A stretch of DNA of 64,000 bases from a virus. Its lineage: Duplodnaviria; Caudoviricetes. This document shows, piece after piece, positions 36,561 to 44,597 of the stretch. Below the pieces are notes generated by a model. That model made no database searches, was not told the DNA's origin, and saw nothing but the letters and a program-made list of their open reading frames with translations. The translations under genes were made by a program, and so were the position numbers. The stretch lies in the IMG/VR virus record IMGVR_UViG_3300022876_000002, one strand, 5' to 3'. Positions within the stretch are counted from its first letter, which is position 1, and the number at the start of each line of letters is the position of its first letter.

Positions 36561-36860
36561 TTACTCCTTGATTACCGGCACCAGCGGGATCGGACTGTAG
36601 AAGTCCTTGGTAGGTTTGTAATCTTTAACGAAAGCAGCACACTCAGCCAGCAGGTTAGCATCACTGCCATCAATCATGTCGGCGGTATGCTTAGCCTCGT
36701 TGATGAAGTCACGCATCGACTTGCTAAGGTGCTCCAGAGCTACTTCCATGGTGAGCTCGTGCTGGGCCATGTACTCGGCCAGCCATACCTTGTTTACTTC
36801 CGGGGTTTCTACGTTCGTGAACATCCATGGACGACGAAAAGACATCGATGAGTTAGGCAT
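36561..36860 (-). CDS. hypothetical protein with degenerate WxxW module
   Basis: EVNKVWLAEYMAQHELTMEVA. Confidence 0.7.
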   Translation of the reverse strand: MPNSSMSFRRPWMFTNVETPEVNKVWLAEYMAQHELTMEVALEHLSKSMRDFINEAKHTADMIDGSDANLLAECAAFVKDYKPTKDFYSPIPLVPVIKE

Positions 36861-37524
36861 CGAATATTTCCTCTCTGACAAAGGTGAAGTTGTTTTGGGT
36901 GATTCCTTGCAAGACAACGTCCATGGTACCGTAAACGCGCGGTCGGTCTCCCCTGATTTTGACTGGGTTGAGTGGATTGAGTTTAGCGGTGAACCCAGCT
37001 ACTACGCTTACAAGTGGAACCGAGCTAGGACCTTCGTGTATACGCAATGTGTGCTGACTACCACCAAATTCAGCAGAAACCATTACGTGTCCTATATCAA
37101 TAGCCACTCGGTATTTAAGCCCCTTGTTGTGGGGGTCGGTCCTGCTGCGGATAGCCTCCACAATAGCCCTGGCTGGCTCTACAATTTTGGTTACTTGATC
37201 AACCAGTTCTTGCATAGCCTTATTTACTTCGGCCGGGTAGGCGTGCCCGAGGAGACCGATAAAGTTGTTATCAGGCTCACGTTTAAATGCCATCATATCT
37301 TTGACGGCTGGTTTAAATACACCTGGACTGAACAGACCAGTGGTAAGCTGCTGGAGCCGGCCATAGTCACGGGTCTTGCCGTCTTCTGTACTTACCCGCT
37401 CGATAGTCAACAAGAACCCTGTGGTAGCAAAAATCTTGTTGCTACTCACCTCACCTACTGGGGTCTTCTCCAGCAGAGTGGCGAAATGTTGCTTTGCTTC
37501 ATCAAAACCATTACTATTATTCAT
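36853..37524 (-). CDS. hypothetical protein
   Basis: 223 aa. Confidence 0.8.
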   Translation of the reverse strand: MNNSNGFDEAKQHFATLLEKTPVGEVSSNKIFATTGFLLTIERVSTEDGKTRDYGRLQQLTTGLFSPGVFKPAVKDMMAFKREPDNNFIGLLGHAYPAEVNKAMQELVDQVTKIVEPARAIVEAIRSRTDPHNKGLKYRVAIDIGHVMVSAEFGGSQHTLRIHEGPSSVPLVSVVAGFTAKLNPLNPVKIRGDRPRVYGTMDVVLQGITQNNFTFVREEIFDA

Positions 37525-37526
37525 TA

Positions 37527-38198
37527 CTATTCACTCTTTAGGGAGTCCATAAACTCCCGTAGGTTATTGGGTTCAGTAGGATCTTTGTCGATACTGGAGA
37601 AATACTCGATCATACTGATATCAAACAAGCTCATTGCCCGGCGACGTTTCCGATACTCGATTTCGGCATCGGTAGGGTCGACATTGTGTACGGTTTGGTA
37701 ACGCTTGATCCAAGCTTTCCTGCTATTAAGGTCAGGATGCACTAACTCGCCTTCAAAATAGCGATCCATTTGATCTACTACTACTTGCGTAGCTTGGAGC
37801 TCTGACATACCTCGTTCTTCCATGACCCGGTCAATACGCTCGAACAACAAATCGAGATGGTTAGGTAGCCTGAACGGTTTACGGTTAGGCCAACCAGCGA
37901 TACAGATTTTCAGGTTGGTCAGTGCTTGATCGTAGTCAAAACAACGTGGCGGTTCGAGCAAGCGCACGCGGTCAGCTGCAATAGACGCATGCACCCAACC
38001 ACGTAATTGCTGGATACGGACTTCATAACCGAGGCCTGGCATGTAGCCGATTTCCACAGCGATGTTATCAACTACAACTTTGGTACGACGCCAAGCACCG
38101 TTTGTGTCTTCTTCTTTAGCCAGATCAATCAGATCTAAACACAGACCCTTAACTACGTTAGCCTGTTCTACATTCAAAGCTTTTGTATCTTTCAACAT
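37527..38198 (-). CDS. hypothetical protein with degenerate WxxW module
   Basis: LNSRKAWIKRYQTVHNVDPTDA. Confidence 0.8.
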   Translation of the reverse strand: MLKDTKALNVEQANVVKGLCLDLIDLAKEEDTNGAWRRTKVVVDNIAVEIGYMPGLGYEVRIQQLRGWVHASIAADRVRLLEPPRCFDYDQALTNLKICIAGWPNRKPFRLPNHLDLLFERIDRVMEERGMSELQATQVVVDQMDRYFEGELVHPDLNSRKAWIKRYQTVHNVDPTDAEIEYRKRRRAMSLFDISMIEYFSSIDKDPTEPNNLREFMDSLKSE

Positions 38199-38200
38199 GT

Positions 38201-38422
38201 TCAGTCCTTAGCTACACTGCAAGTAACAGTGAGTTTAGTGGTACTGTTCGCGGCCTTCATGCTGGAATTACTCCAGCTCTTTATATAAGAGTTAAGACCG
38301 TAACTTTTTACTATCTGTTCCATGAGTGGTTTACACTCAGTCCCGTACACGATATTCGACTGAGGTGGACTACCCACCATGGTCAGTACCGCAATAGCAA
38401 TAGCTTTCATGTGCACCACCAT
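38201..38422 (-). CDS. small hypothetical protein (hydrophobic N-terminus, Cys pair)
   Basis: 73 aa. Confidence 0.6.
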   Translation of the reverse strand: MVVHMKAIAIAVLTMVGSPPQSNIVYGTECKPLMEQIVKSYGLNSYIKSWSNSSMKAANSTTKLTVTCSVAKD

Positions 38423-38442
38423 AATGCAAAAAGAAAAAGGTA

Positions 38443-38476
38443 ACTACCTACTAGAGCCTGAGCCCTAGTAGGTAGT
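38443..38476. terminator. hairpin actacctactag/ctagtaggtagt
   Basis: 9 nt after the stop of 38486..39844. Confidence 0.75.
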
Positions 38477-38485
38477 AGTTGAGGT

Positions 38486-39844
38486 TTAGCCAGCCATCAG
38501 CGCAGCCAGGCCAGTGAGCATGCCACCGGACTCGTGCACTGGTTCGGTACGCTGGGTGATGACCTGAGCGGGGATGGTCGCTACCACAGTGGAGTCGGAT
38601 TGCTCTACCATGGTTTCGTCATCGTCGCTCAGTGCACGGCCGATGTTTCGGCCGATACGTGCACCACCAACGCCCATGATGCCGCCGAGTGCACCAGCAG
38701 CGAAGTCGCGCAGGTGTGGGTTCTCGATGGAGTCTTCCAGCAGGCCACCGGCGTAGAACGCACCGCCAGTTGCAATGGCAGCACCAGCGATAGCCGATAC
38801 GTCGAAGCCGTTCATGGCCATGTCGACAGTACCGCCGATCACAGCGCCAGCGGCTGCAGTCCAGCGTGGGTTGACACCGTTGGAGTTCTCACGCACGAAA
38901 GCGTAAGTGTCGTCGCCGGTCTCCACCGACTCGGCCTCGGTGTAGGCGAAGTTGGCGAACTCGATCGACACCCGCAGGTTTTCTTCCGACAACAGGAGGA
39001 ACATCGCCATGATGTGGTCTGGTTTGTCCAGGACCTTGCTGGCGCGCTTGTTGAACTTCTTGAAGGCCTTGGCGCGGTCTTCATCGCCATTGACCCAGGA
39101 CTCGAACACGGTGGCGCGCTTGTCAGCATCTTTCATGCCCGGCAGTTCCTTGATCGCGTTGACCATGAACTTGATTGTCGGGCGCATGAAAGCGTAGATG
39201 ACGTTGATGCCGAACTGGTCGATCGAGTCCATGGCGAAAGCCAGCTTGACGTGACGGTCAGCTTTCTTGACCTTGCCCTTGGCGTGGGCGTCGACGAAGG
39301 CCTTGGCGAAACGCTTGGATTCGGCTTTGGCCAGGTCGGCTTCTTCGGTTGCCACTTCGACGCGCTTGTCTTTCTTGGCCTTGTCTTTCTTGCCAGGCTT
39401 TTCAGCGCGCTGGGTCATGGTGTTACCTTGCTCGGTGATCTGAGCGTTGGCGTTGGATTCTTGGGCTTGGGACTGTTGGGCGTTGGTTTGCATTTCGGTG
39501 GTTCCTTGCTGGGCGGTGTCGGCGGTGTGGGTGTGGGAGATCAGTGCGGAGTCAGCTGGGATTTCGGTAGACCCGATTACTTTATCCGTACGGACCAGAA
39601 CTGCTTTCTCTGGCAGTTCGAATGGGAGGGTTTTCAGAATGACCGGATTACCCTTCTTGATACCAGTGAGCGAGTACTTGGTGTCGAGCTTGTTGTTGAT
39701 CAAGACCAGCAACTCGTGGCGGTCTTGTTTGGCAACGTAATGCTCATCCATGATGTACTCTTTCAGGATGGCCGGAATTGCGTTGTTGACACTGTGCTGG
39801 ATAGCGAGTTCAACAGCAGCAATGATAGTTTCGAACTGATGCAT
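38486..39844 (-). CDS. hypothetical protein with C-terminal glycine-zipper-like hydrophobic region; GC-rich
   Basis: 452 aa; AAAGAVIGG..., AIAGAAIATGG..., AAGALGGIMGVGG. Confidence 0.85.
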   Translation of the reverse strand: MHQFETIIAAVELAIQHSVNNAIPAILKEYIMDEHYVAKQDRHELLVLINNKLDTKYSLTGIKKGNPVILKTLPFELPEKAVLVRTDKVIGSTEIPADSALISHTHTADTAQQGTTEMQTNAQQSQAQESNANAQITEQGNTMTQRAEKPGKKDKAKKDKRVEVATEEADLAKAESKRFAKAFVDAHAKGKVKKADRHVKLAFAMDSIDQFGINVIYAFMRPTIKFMVNAIKELPGMKDADKRATVFESWVNGDEDRAKAFKKFNKRASKVLDKPDHIMAMFLLLSEENLRVSIEFANFAYTEAESVETGDDTYAFVRENSNGVNPRWTAAAGAVIGGTVDMAMNGFDVSAIAGAAIATGGAFYAGGLLEDSIENPHLRDFAAGALGGIMGVGGARIGRNIGRALSDDDETMVEQSDSTVVATIPAQVITQRTEPVHESGGMLTGLAALMAG

Positions 39845-39887
39845 AACAAACTCCTAGACTATTAAAGAGTACAAAACTCTTGTTCCT

Positions 39888-39906
39888 ATACACCCAAGTA
39901 ATACAG
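39888..39906 (-). promoter_or_regulatory. early promoter-like motif CTGTATTACT-TGGGTGTAT
   Basis: upstream of the 39844 start. Confidence 0.7.
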
Positions 39907-39948
39907 GTTTATAATAGCCTAGAAGTTAAATTAACCGCCCATAAGTAA

Positions 39949-40389
39949 TTACTTATCTTTCTTAATACCGAACGACATATCCCCGAAATACAGCTCACGC
40001 CCCATCCAGGTAGCAAACACTTGGTCTAATGCCAAGTGGTCGTGTGGGGACAGTTTGTAGCCCAGCGACATATGGAACATGGGGGTACCATATGAATGCT
40101 CGTAACCTGCTTCTTTGAGCAGGCGGAATTCTTCGAGCATTTGTGGGGACGTAAGGTGGAATACGTAAGCATCCCCCAGCACACCCATACTGATGATCTT
40201 AGCTGTAAACTCTTTGCTGCTGTCCAGCAAACAGAAAGGTTCAGCCAATTCACGTTCGTCGTACATCATGGTAACGTGCAGATCGTGTTTGTCACTAGGA
40301 GCACAACCAGCCTCCATGATCGCAGCGAACACGTCTTCTACCAGGTTGTCTCGCAGTGCTACGTTGATATAGCTAAAATCCAATTCCAT
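39949..40389 (-). CDS. 2H phosphoesterase, anti-CBASS Acb1 (T4 57B)-like
   Basis: 146 aa; H38-V-T40 and H106-M-S108 catalytic motifs, spacing 68. Confidence 0.75.
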   Translation of the reverse strand: MELDFSYINVALRDNLVEDVFAAIMEAGCAPSDKHDLHVTMMYDERELAEPFCLLDSSKEFTAKIISMGVLGDAYVFHLTSPQMLEEFRLLKEAGYEHSYGTPMFHMSLGYKLSPHDHLALDQVFATWMGRELYFGDMSFGIKKDK

Positions 40390-40394
40390 TTCCT

Positions 40395-40604
40395 TTACTC
40401 CTTGGCCTTGCTACGGACACTTATCTGTGTAATACAGGAGCCCTTTTTAATCTTTTTTACAAGACGCTCACATGCAGCGACTCTTAACGTACGACTGCAT
40501 TGCTCCTTGTTAGGAATCTCTTGATGGTAGTAGGAATGCTTTATGTAATCAGCACCACCATTCTCACCAATTTTAGCTAGTGGAAGATCCATACACAACT
40601 CCAA
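40395..40604 (-). CDS. small basic hypothetical protein
   Basis: 69 aa. Confidence 0.55.
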   Translation of the reverse strand: MELCMDLPLAKIGENGGADYIKHSYYHQEIPNKEQCSRTLRVAACERLVKKIKKGSCITQISVRSKAKE

Positions 40605-40621
40605 AAAATAAAGTAAGGTAC

Positions 40622-40647
40622 GGCTCTTACCCCTAGGGGTAAGAGCC
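40622..40647. repeat. perfect 26-bp palindrome centred on CTAG (terminator-like)
   Basis: ggctcttacccct|aggggtaagagcc. Confidence 0.85.
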
Positions 40648-40654
40648 TATACGA

Positions 40655-41119
40655 TCACTTGGGCTGGTCATTAGTAAGGTAAGTTACTTGTGGCCTTGTT
40701 GGCATTATTGGCTCGGGTGGACTGGACTCCGAGATAAACCCTGTGTCCTTACGAGCACGTGTGACACCAGGTCCGTGAGCAACTCTACCCCAACTACTAG
40801 TAATGATGCTGTCAAGCCCTTTGGCGACGATAAACTGTTGCCTGGCGCTTTCTGCAAAGCCCAACCAGATGGATGCATCGATATCTGGTAGACGTGGGTC
40901 ATATACATTAGGACCAAACACCAAGACTGGCTCAGCCGATACCTCGAAGTCATACAAACAAGCATTTACTTCGGTGTGATCCCAGACCTTAGCAAATACC
41001 AAATGACATCGACTGGGTAACTGCGTAGTGCGGATACGCATGTTACCATTGGCCAAAAAGTCCGTAACTAGTTCTTGGCCAATATCCATTACCTTTTTAA
41101 TGCAAGAACCTTCATTCAT
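40655..41119 (-). CDS. hypothetical protein
   Basis: 154 aa. Confidence 0.75.
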   Translation of the reverse strand: MNEGSCIKKVMDIGQELVTDFLANGNMRIRTTQLPSRCHLVFAKVWDHTEVNACLYDFEVSAEPVLVFGPNVYDPRLPDIDASIWLGFAESARQQFIVAKGLDSIITSSWGRVAHGPGVTRARKDTGFISESSPPEPIMPTRPQVTYLTNDQPK

Positions 41120-41583
41120 TTCGTTGGCCTTTTGACTGGAGGTTTATTCCAAGCAGTAAGCGCGCGCAGGATGGACTCGTACTGTTCCAAGTACAGACCT
41201 TTACCACGGCTACCAAAGATCAAACCTTCTTTACCACATGCAGTGAACGGCTCCAGGCACTTACCAGCATTGAACCGTTTACCTTTGATATGGTAGTTGC
41301 GAGTAATGATAAACGCGTACGACGGCTTCTGAACCGTGGTTACCTGGAAGGTGAACTTATCTGGCAGCCCAGGGGACTCGAAGTAATGGCGACCACCACG
41401 GATCTCCACATTGAAGCACTGGAGCTCTTTAGCCTCTGGAGCAAAGTATCCCAGAGTAGCCAAACGTTCCCAAGCTTTAATGCGGAGTGTCTCCAGTTCA
41501 GCAGCAACCATCTCACTGTCACGTGGGCCACCAACGTTGAATGCATCAAAGCTGAAATTATTCTTGGTGAAAGTCCAGCTCAT
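41116..41583 (-). CDS. hypothetical protein
   Basis: 155 aa. Confidence 0.75.
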   Translation of the reverse strand: MSWTFTKNNFSFDAFNVGGPRDSEMVAAELETLRIKAWERLATLGYFAPEAKELQCFNVEIRGGRHYFESPGLPDKFTFQVTTVQKPSYAFIITRNYHIKGKRFNAGKCLEPFTACGKEGLIFGSRGKGLYLEQYESILRALTAWNKPPVKRPTK

Positions 41584-42575
41584 CAGTTAACCCCTTCTGC
41601 ATACCGTGGAGCTTGTATCCAGTCTTTACCTATTTTAACCGGACGAGTAGATGACAGGTGTGCGTGTGAGTGGTAGAACTGTTCGTCATCCATGGGGATT
41701 CGGAAAGCAGCGCTGTTAGGATGACCGCCGCCACCGAAGCGCTTGGCGATCTCACCTACATCTACACCCGTACCTTTCTTACTGCGCAGAGAGTACTGGC
41801 GCCCGTCACGACCGTCGGTGTAAGTCATGGAGAACGGTTCGTCAATTGCCAGCAACGCACCCAGCTCATTACGGAACAGCGAGTTAGCATTGACGACCGG
41901 TACGTCGTACTCGTCAATAATGAAGCGGCGAGCTTGCTTAGACAGACCTTTAACGGTCTTGTCGATATGACGCTGGATGGCACGACCTTCTTGCACCACT
42001 TCTTCAATAGAGACTTGCATTACCCGATTGAAGTTTTCTACATTCAGTTCGTGGCTAAATGCAGCGGCAGACCAGTGCTTGGTCTCTGGGTATGCGAAGC
42101 GCCACAAATCGTAGTCTTCGGCCAGCGCAATACCCTTAGGCGGTTCGGCACCTGGGTTGAACCACATCCAGGCCAGCATAGCACCGGAATGGCGGTCATC
42201 TACCACTACCACCGGTACACCGAAATCGTCTTTAACCAGGTCCCATTGTTCATAAGCTCGTGGCCAAGAACGCCATGCAATGGGTTCCAGTGCTTTCCAG
42301 GCAGTAGCGTGGTGATCCAGTACCAAGAGCTTGCTTACTGCACCCAGGGCTTTGGTTTCCGCCAGGTTGAAAGCAAAGTCCACACAGATGACCGACTTAC
42401 CAGTCAGCAGGTTCCAGTTCTCCCCGAACATATCGGCAAAATTGTCACCGTACTGCACCGGTACTAAACTTACGTTGCCTTCGTAGGCTTTCCATACCAC
42501 CCATGCCGAGGCTAGGCCGTCCAGGCAGTTTTTGTGGTACAACACTACTACGTCATGTTGTAAATCAATGGCCAC
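41583..42575 (-). CDS. DHH/DHHA1-family phosphoesterase
   Basis: YHKNCLDG, VDF, LDHH, SGAMLAW, DYDLW, SLRS, GGGGHPNSAAF. Confidence 0.9.
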   Translation of the reverse strand: MAIDLQHDVVVLYHKNCLDGLASAWVVWKAYEGNVSLVPVQYGDNFADMFGENWNLLTGKSVICVDFAFNLAETKALGAVSKLLVLDHHATAWKALEPIAWRSWPRAYEQWDLVKDDFGVPVVVVDDRHSGAMLAWMWFNPGAEPPKGIALAEDYDLWRFAYPETKHWSAAAFSHELNVENFNRVMQVSIEEVVQEGRAIQRHIDKTVKGLSKQARRFIIDEYDVPVVNANSLFRNELGALLAIDEPFSMTYTDGRDGRQYSLRSKKGTGVDVGEIAKRFGGGGHPNSAAFRIPMDDEQFYHSHAHLSSTRPVKIGKDWIQAPRYAEGVN

Positions 42576-42585
42576 AATAAAGTCC

Positions 42586-42822
42586 TTATTCGTTATCCCG
42601 AATGATCTTTTCCTGGCGCTTAATCTCTAACCTAGCGTCAGCTTTTATTTGTTGTCGCACACGGCAATCGAAGTTGTTGTGCAGGCCTTCACAACGGGCT
42701 TTATTAGAGGCTTCTCGCCAACTGTTAAACCCTTTGTACATCCCAAACAAACAAAATACGATAATTATAAATAGTGCGATTATAAACCAGCCTGGAGGGT
42801 CGTCATCATCCCAATGAGGCAT
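42586..42822 (-). CDS. single-TM protein with variant CxGxHxNxxC loop
   Basis: RCEGLHNNFDC after the TM. Confidence 0.75.
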   Translation of the reverse strand: MPHWDDDDPPGWFIIALFIIIVFCLFGMYKGFNSWREASNKARCEGLHNNFDCRVRQQIKADARLEIKRQEKIIRDNE

Positions 42823-42832
42823 AACCCCATCC

Positions 42833-43075
42833 TCACTCTTTATGTTCTAGGTTTTTGACACCAATAGACACAATGGTGCCGCGAGATCGCTTGATACGCT
42901 TGTAAGCACGAAGAGCAGCAGTTCGAATGCCAGTGCGCTCTTCATTGGTGTCGCCACTAACCGTTTGCAGGTGGTGACGTTTGGCAAAGAACAGGAATTC
43001 TGGCTTTACCTTGTAGTTCATTGTCTCGGCAACTACACGACGACGAAACTTGCTTAATGGGTAACGGTTTTCCAT
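42833..43075 (-). CDS. small basic hypothetical protein
   Basis: 80 aa; C-terminus resembles 43381..43542. Confidence 0.7.
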   Translation of the reverse strand: MENRYPLSKFRRRVVAETMNYKVKPEFLFFAKRHHLQTVSGDTNEERTGIRTAALRAYKRIKRSRGTIVSIGVKNLEHKE

Positions 43076-43078
43076 AAC

Positions 43079-43378
43079 TCAGCCCTTAATAAAGAATTCG
43101 GTTTTCTCTACCACGCGAGTCGCGATATACGCGCCGGTCTCGTTAGCTTCATCGTGATAAGCGTTTTCTTCGTACACGTGCTCGACCTTGGTGATGAAAC
43201 CATTCTCGACGTATACGTAAAACTCATTCTTATCGGGCTGCGGCACAGTGATGCGCACTGGACGAGCACCTACGACACCCAGCACATGCTCCAAAGCAAA
43301 AGTGTTGATAACTTGGGATTGCTCGGCACCTTTCTCGATGAAACGCCACTCGTTATTGTGCTTGTAGAAACGATACAT
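43079..43378 (-). CDS. hypothetical protein
   Basis: 99 aa. Confidence 0.75.
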   Translation of the reverse strand: MYRFYKHNNEWRFIEKGAEQSQVINTFALEHVLGVVGARPVRITVPQPDKNEFYVYVENGFITKVEHVYEENAYHDEANETGAYIATRVVEKTEFFIKG

Positions 43379-43380
43379 GA

Positions 43381-43542
43381 TTAGTCCTTGAGCTTATAAC
43401 GAGGGTTCTTGACCTGGACGCGGACAATGGTGTCGCCCTTGACACACTTCTTACCCAGGCGACGAGCAGCTTCATCAGCCCCCGGAATACCGATGTAGCT
43501 GAAGGTGTACTCGTCAATTTCCATCAGGTACTTACTTTCCAT
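43381..43542 (-). CDS. 53-aa protein absent from the ORF track (MESKYLMEIDEYTFSYIGIPGADEAARRLGKKCVKGDTIVRVQVKNPRYKLKD)
   Basis: fills the gap exactly; TAATG overlap with the upstream stop. Confidence 0.7.
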   Translation of the reverse strand: MESKYLMEIDEYTFSYIGIPGADEAARRLGKKCVKGDTIVRVQVKNPRYKLKD

Positions 43543-43901
43543 TATTTCATCCCATCCATAGTAGTTGCCATACGTAGCGTTTTGATGACCAGGTCGTCGA
43601 TAAGGGTGAGCTGTTCTACTACAGCAGGTTTAGTGCCATGTAGTCCCAGGATACCTACTTCATCGACAGTGTAAATTGGTGAGCGCTCATGGGATTCCGA
43701 GTCGTAGATATAAAGCGCACCTACGAAAGACTCGGGTACCAGTGCAGTACTGCTTGCTGTCCGCGTAGGCCCCCGGCGGACAGTACGTTTGAACAGGACG
43801 GTGTAACGTCCTTCCCCTATGGTGTAAAAGCGTTGTGGCTTGCGCAGGGCACTTAATTTCTTAAGCGCCTCCGGCAGTTTATTATCGTTATGTTTCATCA
43901 T
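43542..43901 (-). CDS. hypothetical protein
   Basis: probable start MMKHND. Confidence 0.7.
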   Translation of the reverse strand: MMKHNDNKLPEALKKLSALRKPQRFYTIGEGRYTVLFKRTVRRGPTRTASSTALVPESFVGALYIYDSESHERSPIYTVDEVGILGLHGTKPAVVEQLTLIDDLVIKTLRMATTMDGMK

Positions 43902-43911
43902 CAATCCTTGA

Positions 43912-44247
43912 TTAGATGTGCTTGGGCACAAACCGGATTTTGTGGAGGGTTTCGGTGGTAGCTACCAAAGAGGTAACGTACTCACCGGTGTAATGGATTA
44001 CGTCAATGACCACAATTACTTCGGATTCTTTACCCAAATAGGCATTGATCAACTGCGGGCTTTTGACGAGTTTGTCGTAGTAGACCTGGGCGTGGCGGGT
44101 AGCGTCTTCCGTGCGGTTAAACAGGCTAGCCGCGGCCATATCAACAGCCAAGTCGATATGGGGATGTTTACGGAAGTCCAGGTAACGTTCTTGGTGCGGT
44201 TTATTCAGTGTTGTACTGCGCACACGAAGGAAGGAGAACTGCGGCAT
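43912..44247 (-). CDS. hypothetical protein
   Basis: 111 aa. Confidence 0.7.
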   Translation of the reverse strand: MPQFSFLRVRSTTLNKPHQERYLDFRKHPHIDLAVDMAAASLFNRTEDATRHAQVYYDKLVKSPQLINAYLGKESEVIVVIDVIHYTGEYVTSLVATTETLHKIRFVPKHI

Positions 44248-44249
44248 AC

Positions 44250-44597
44250 TTACCCCTTAATGATCATCTCGTTCATGGAGGCTTTCACGATATCGATAAG
44301 TTCCTCGATATCCTGGAGCTCGCTACGCTTGACATAAACTTCAATGCCGGTGTCGGACTTACGGATGTAGCAGATTGGACTGAACGCACGCTTGTAGTCG
44401 TAGATCAATACCATCGGCAACAAGCCAGTGCGGTTGTAAACACCCAGTACGTTGTCACGCTCATTGAACACGGTGAACGAATGACGACTGTACACCAACT
44501 CTTTATACAGCTTGTCGATAGAGTGGTAAGCGCTAGGCTCGCAACGACGATCGTTTACGAGCTGTACGTATTCTTCTGCTAGTACCAAATTATTCAT
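44250..44597 (-). CDS. hypothetical protein
   Basis: 115 aa. Confidence 0.7.
   Translation of the reverse strand: MNNLVLAEEYVQLVNDRRCEPSAYHSIDKLYKELVYSRHSFTVFNERDNVLGVYNRTGLLPMVLIYDYKRAFSPICYIRKSDTGIEVYVKRSELQDIEELIDIVKASMNEMIIKG

Noticed and set aside
38534-39865. 443-aa plus-strand ORF
   Set aside because: It is an antisense shadow of the GC-rich gene 38486..39844, where biased codons remove stops on the opposite strand.
43542-44597. Possible paralogy among the three ~115-aa ORFs (LYIYD..SPI versus VLIYD..SPI)
   Set aside because: The match is only a few residues in two of the three, too weak to call by eye.
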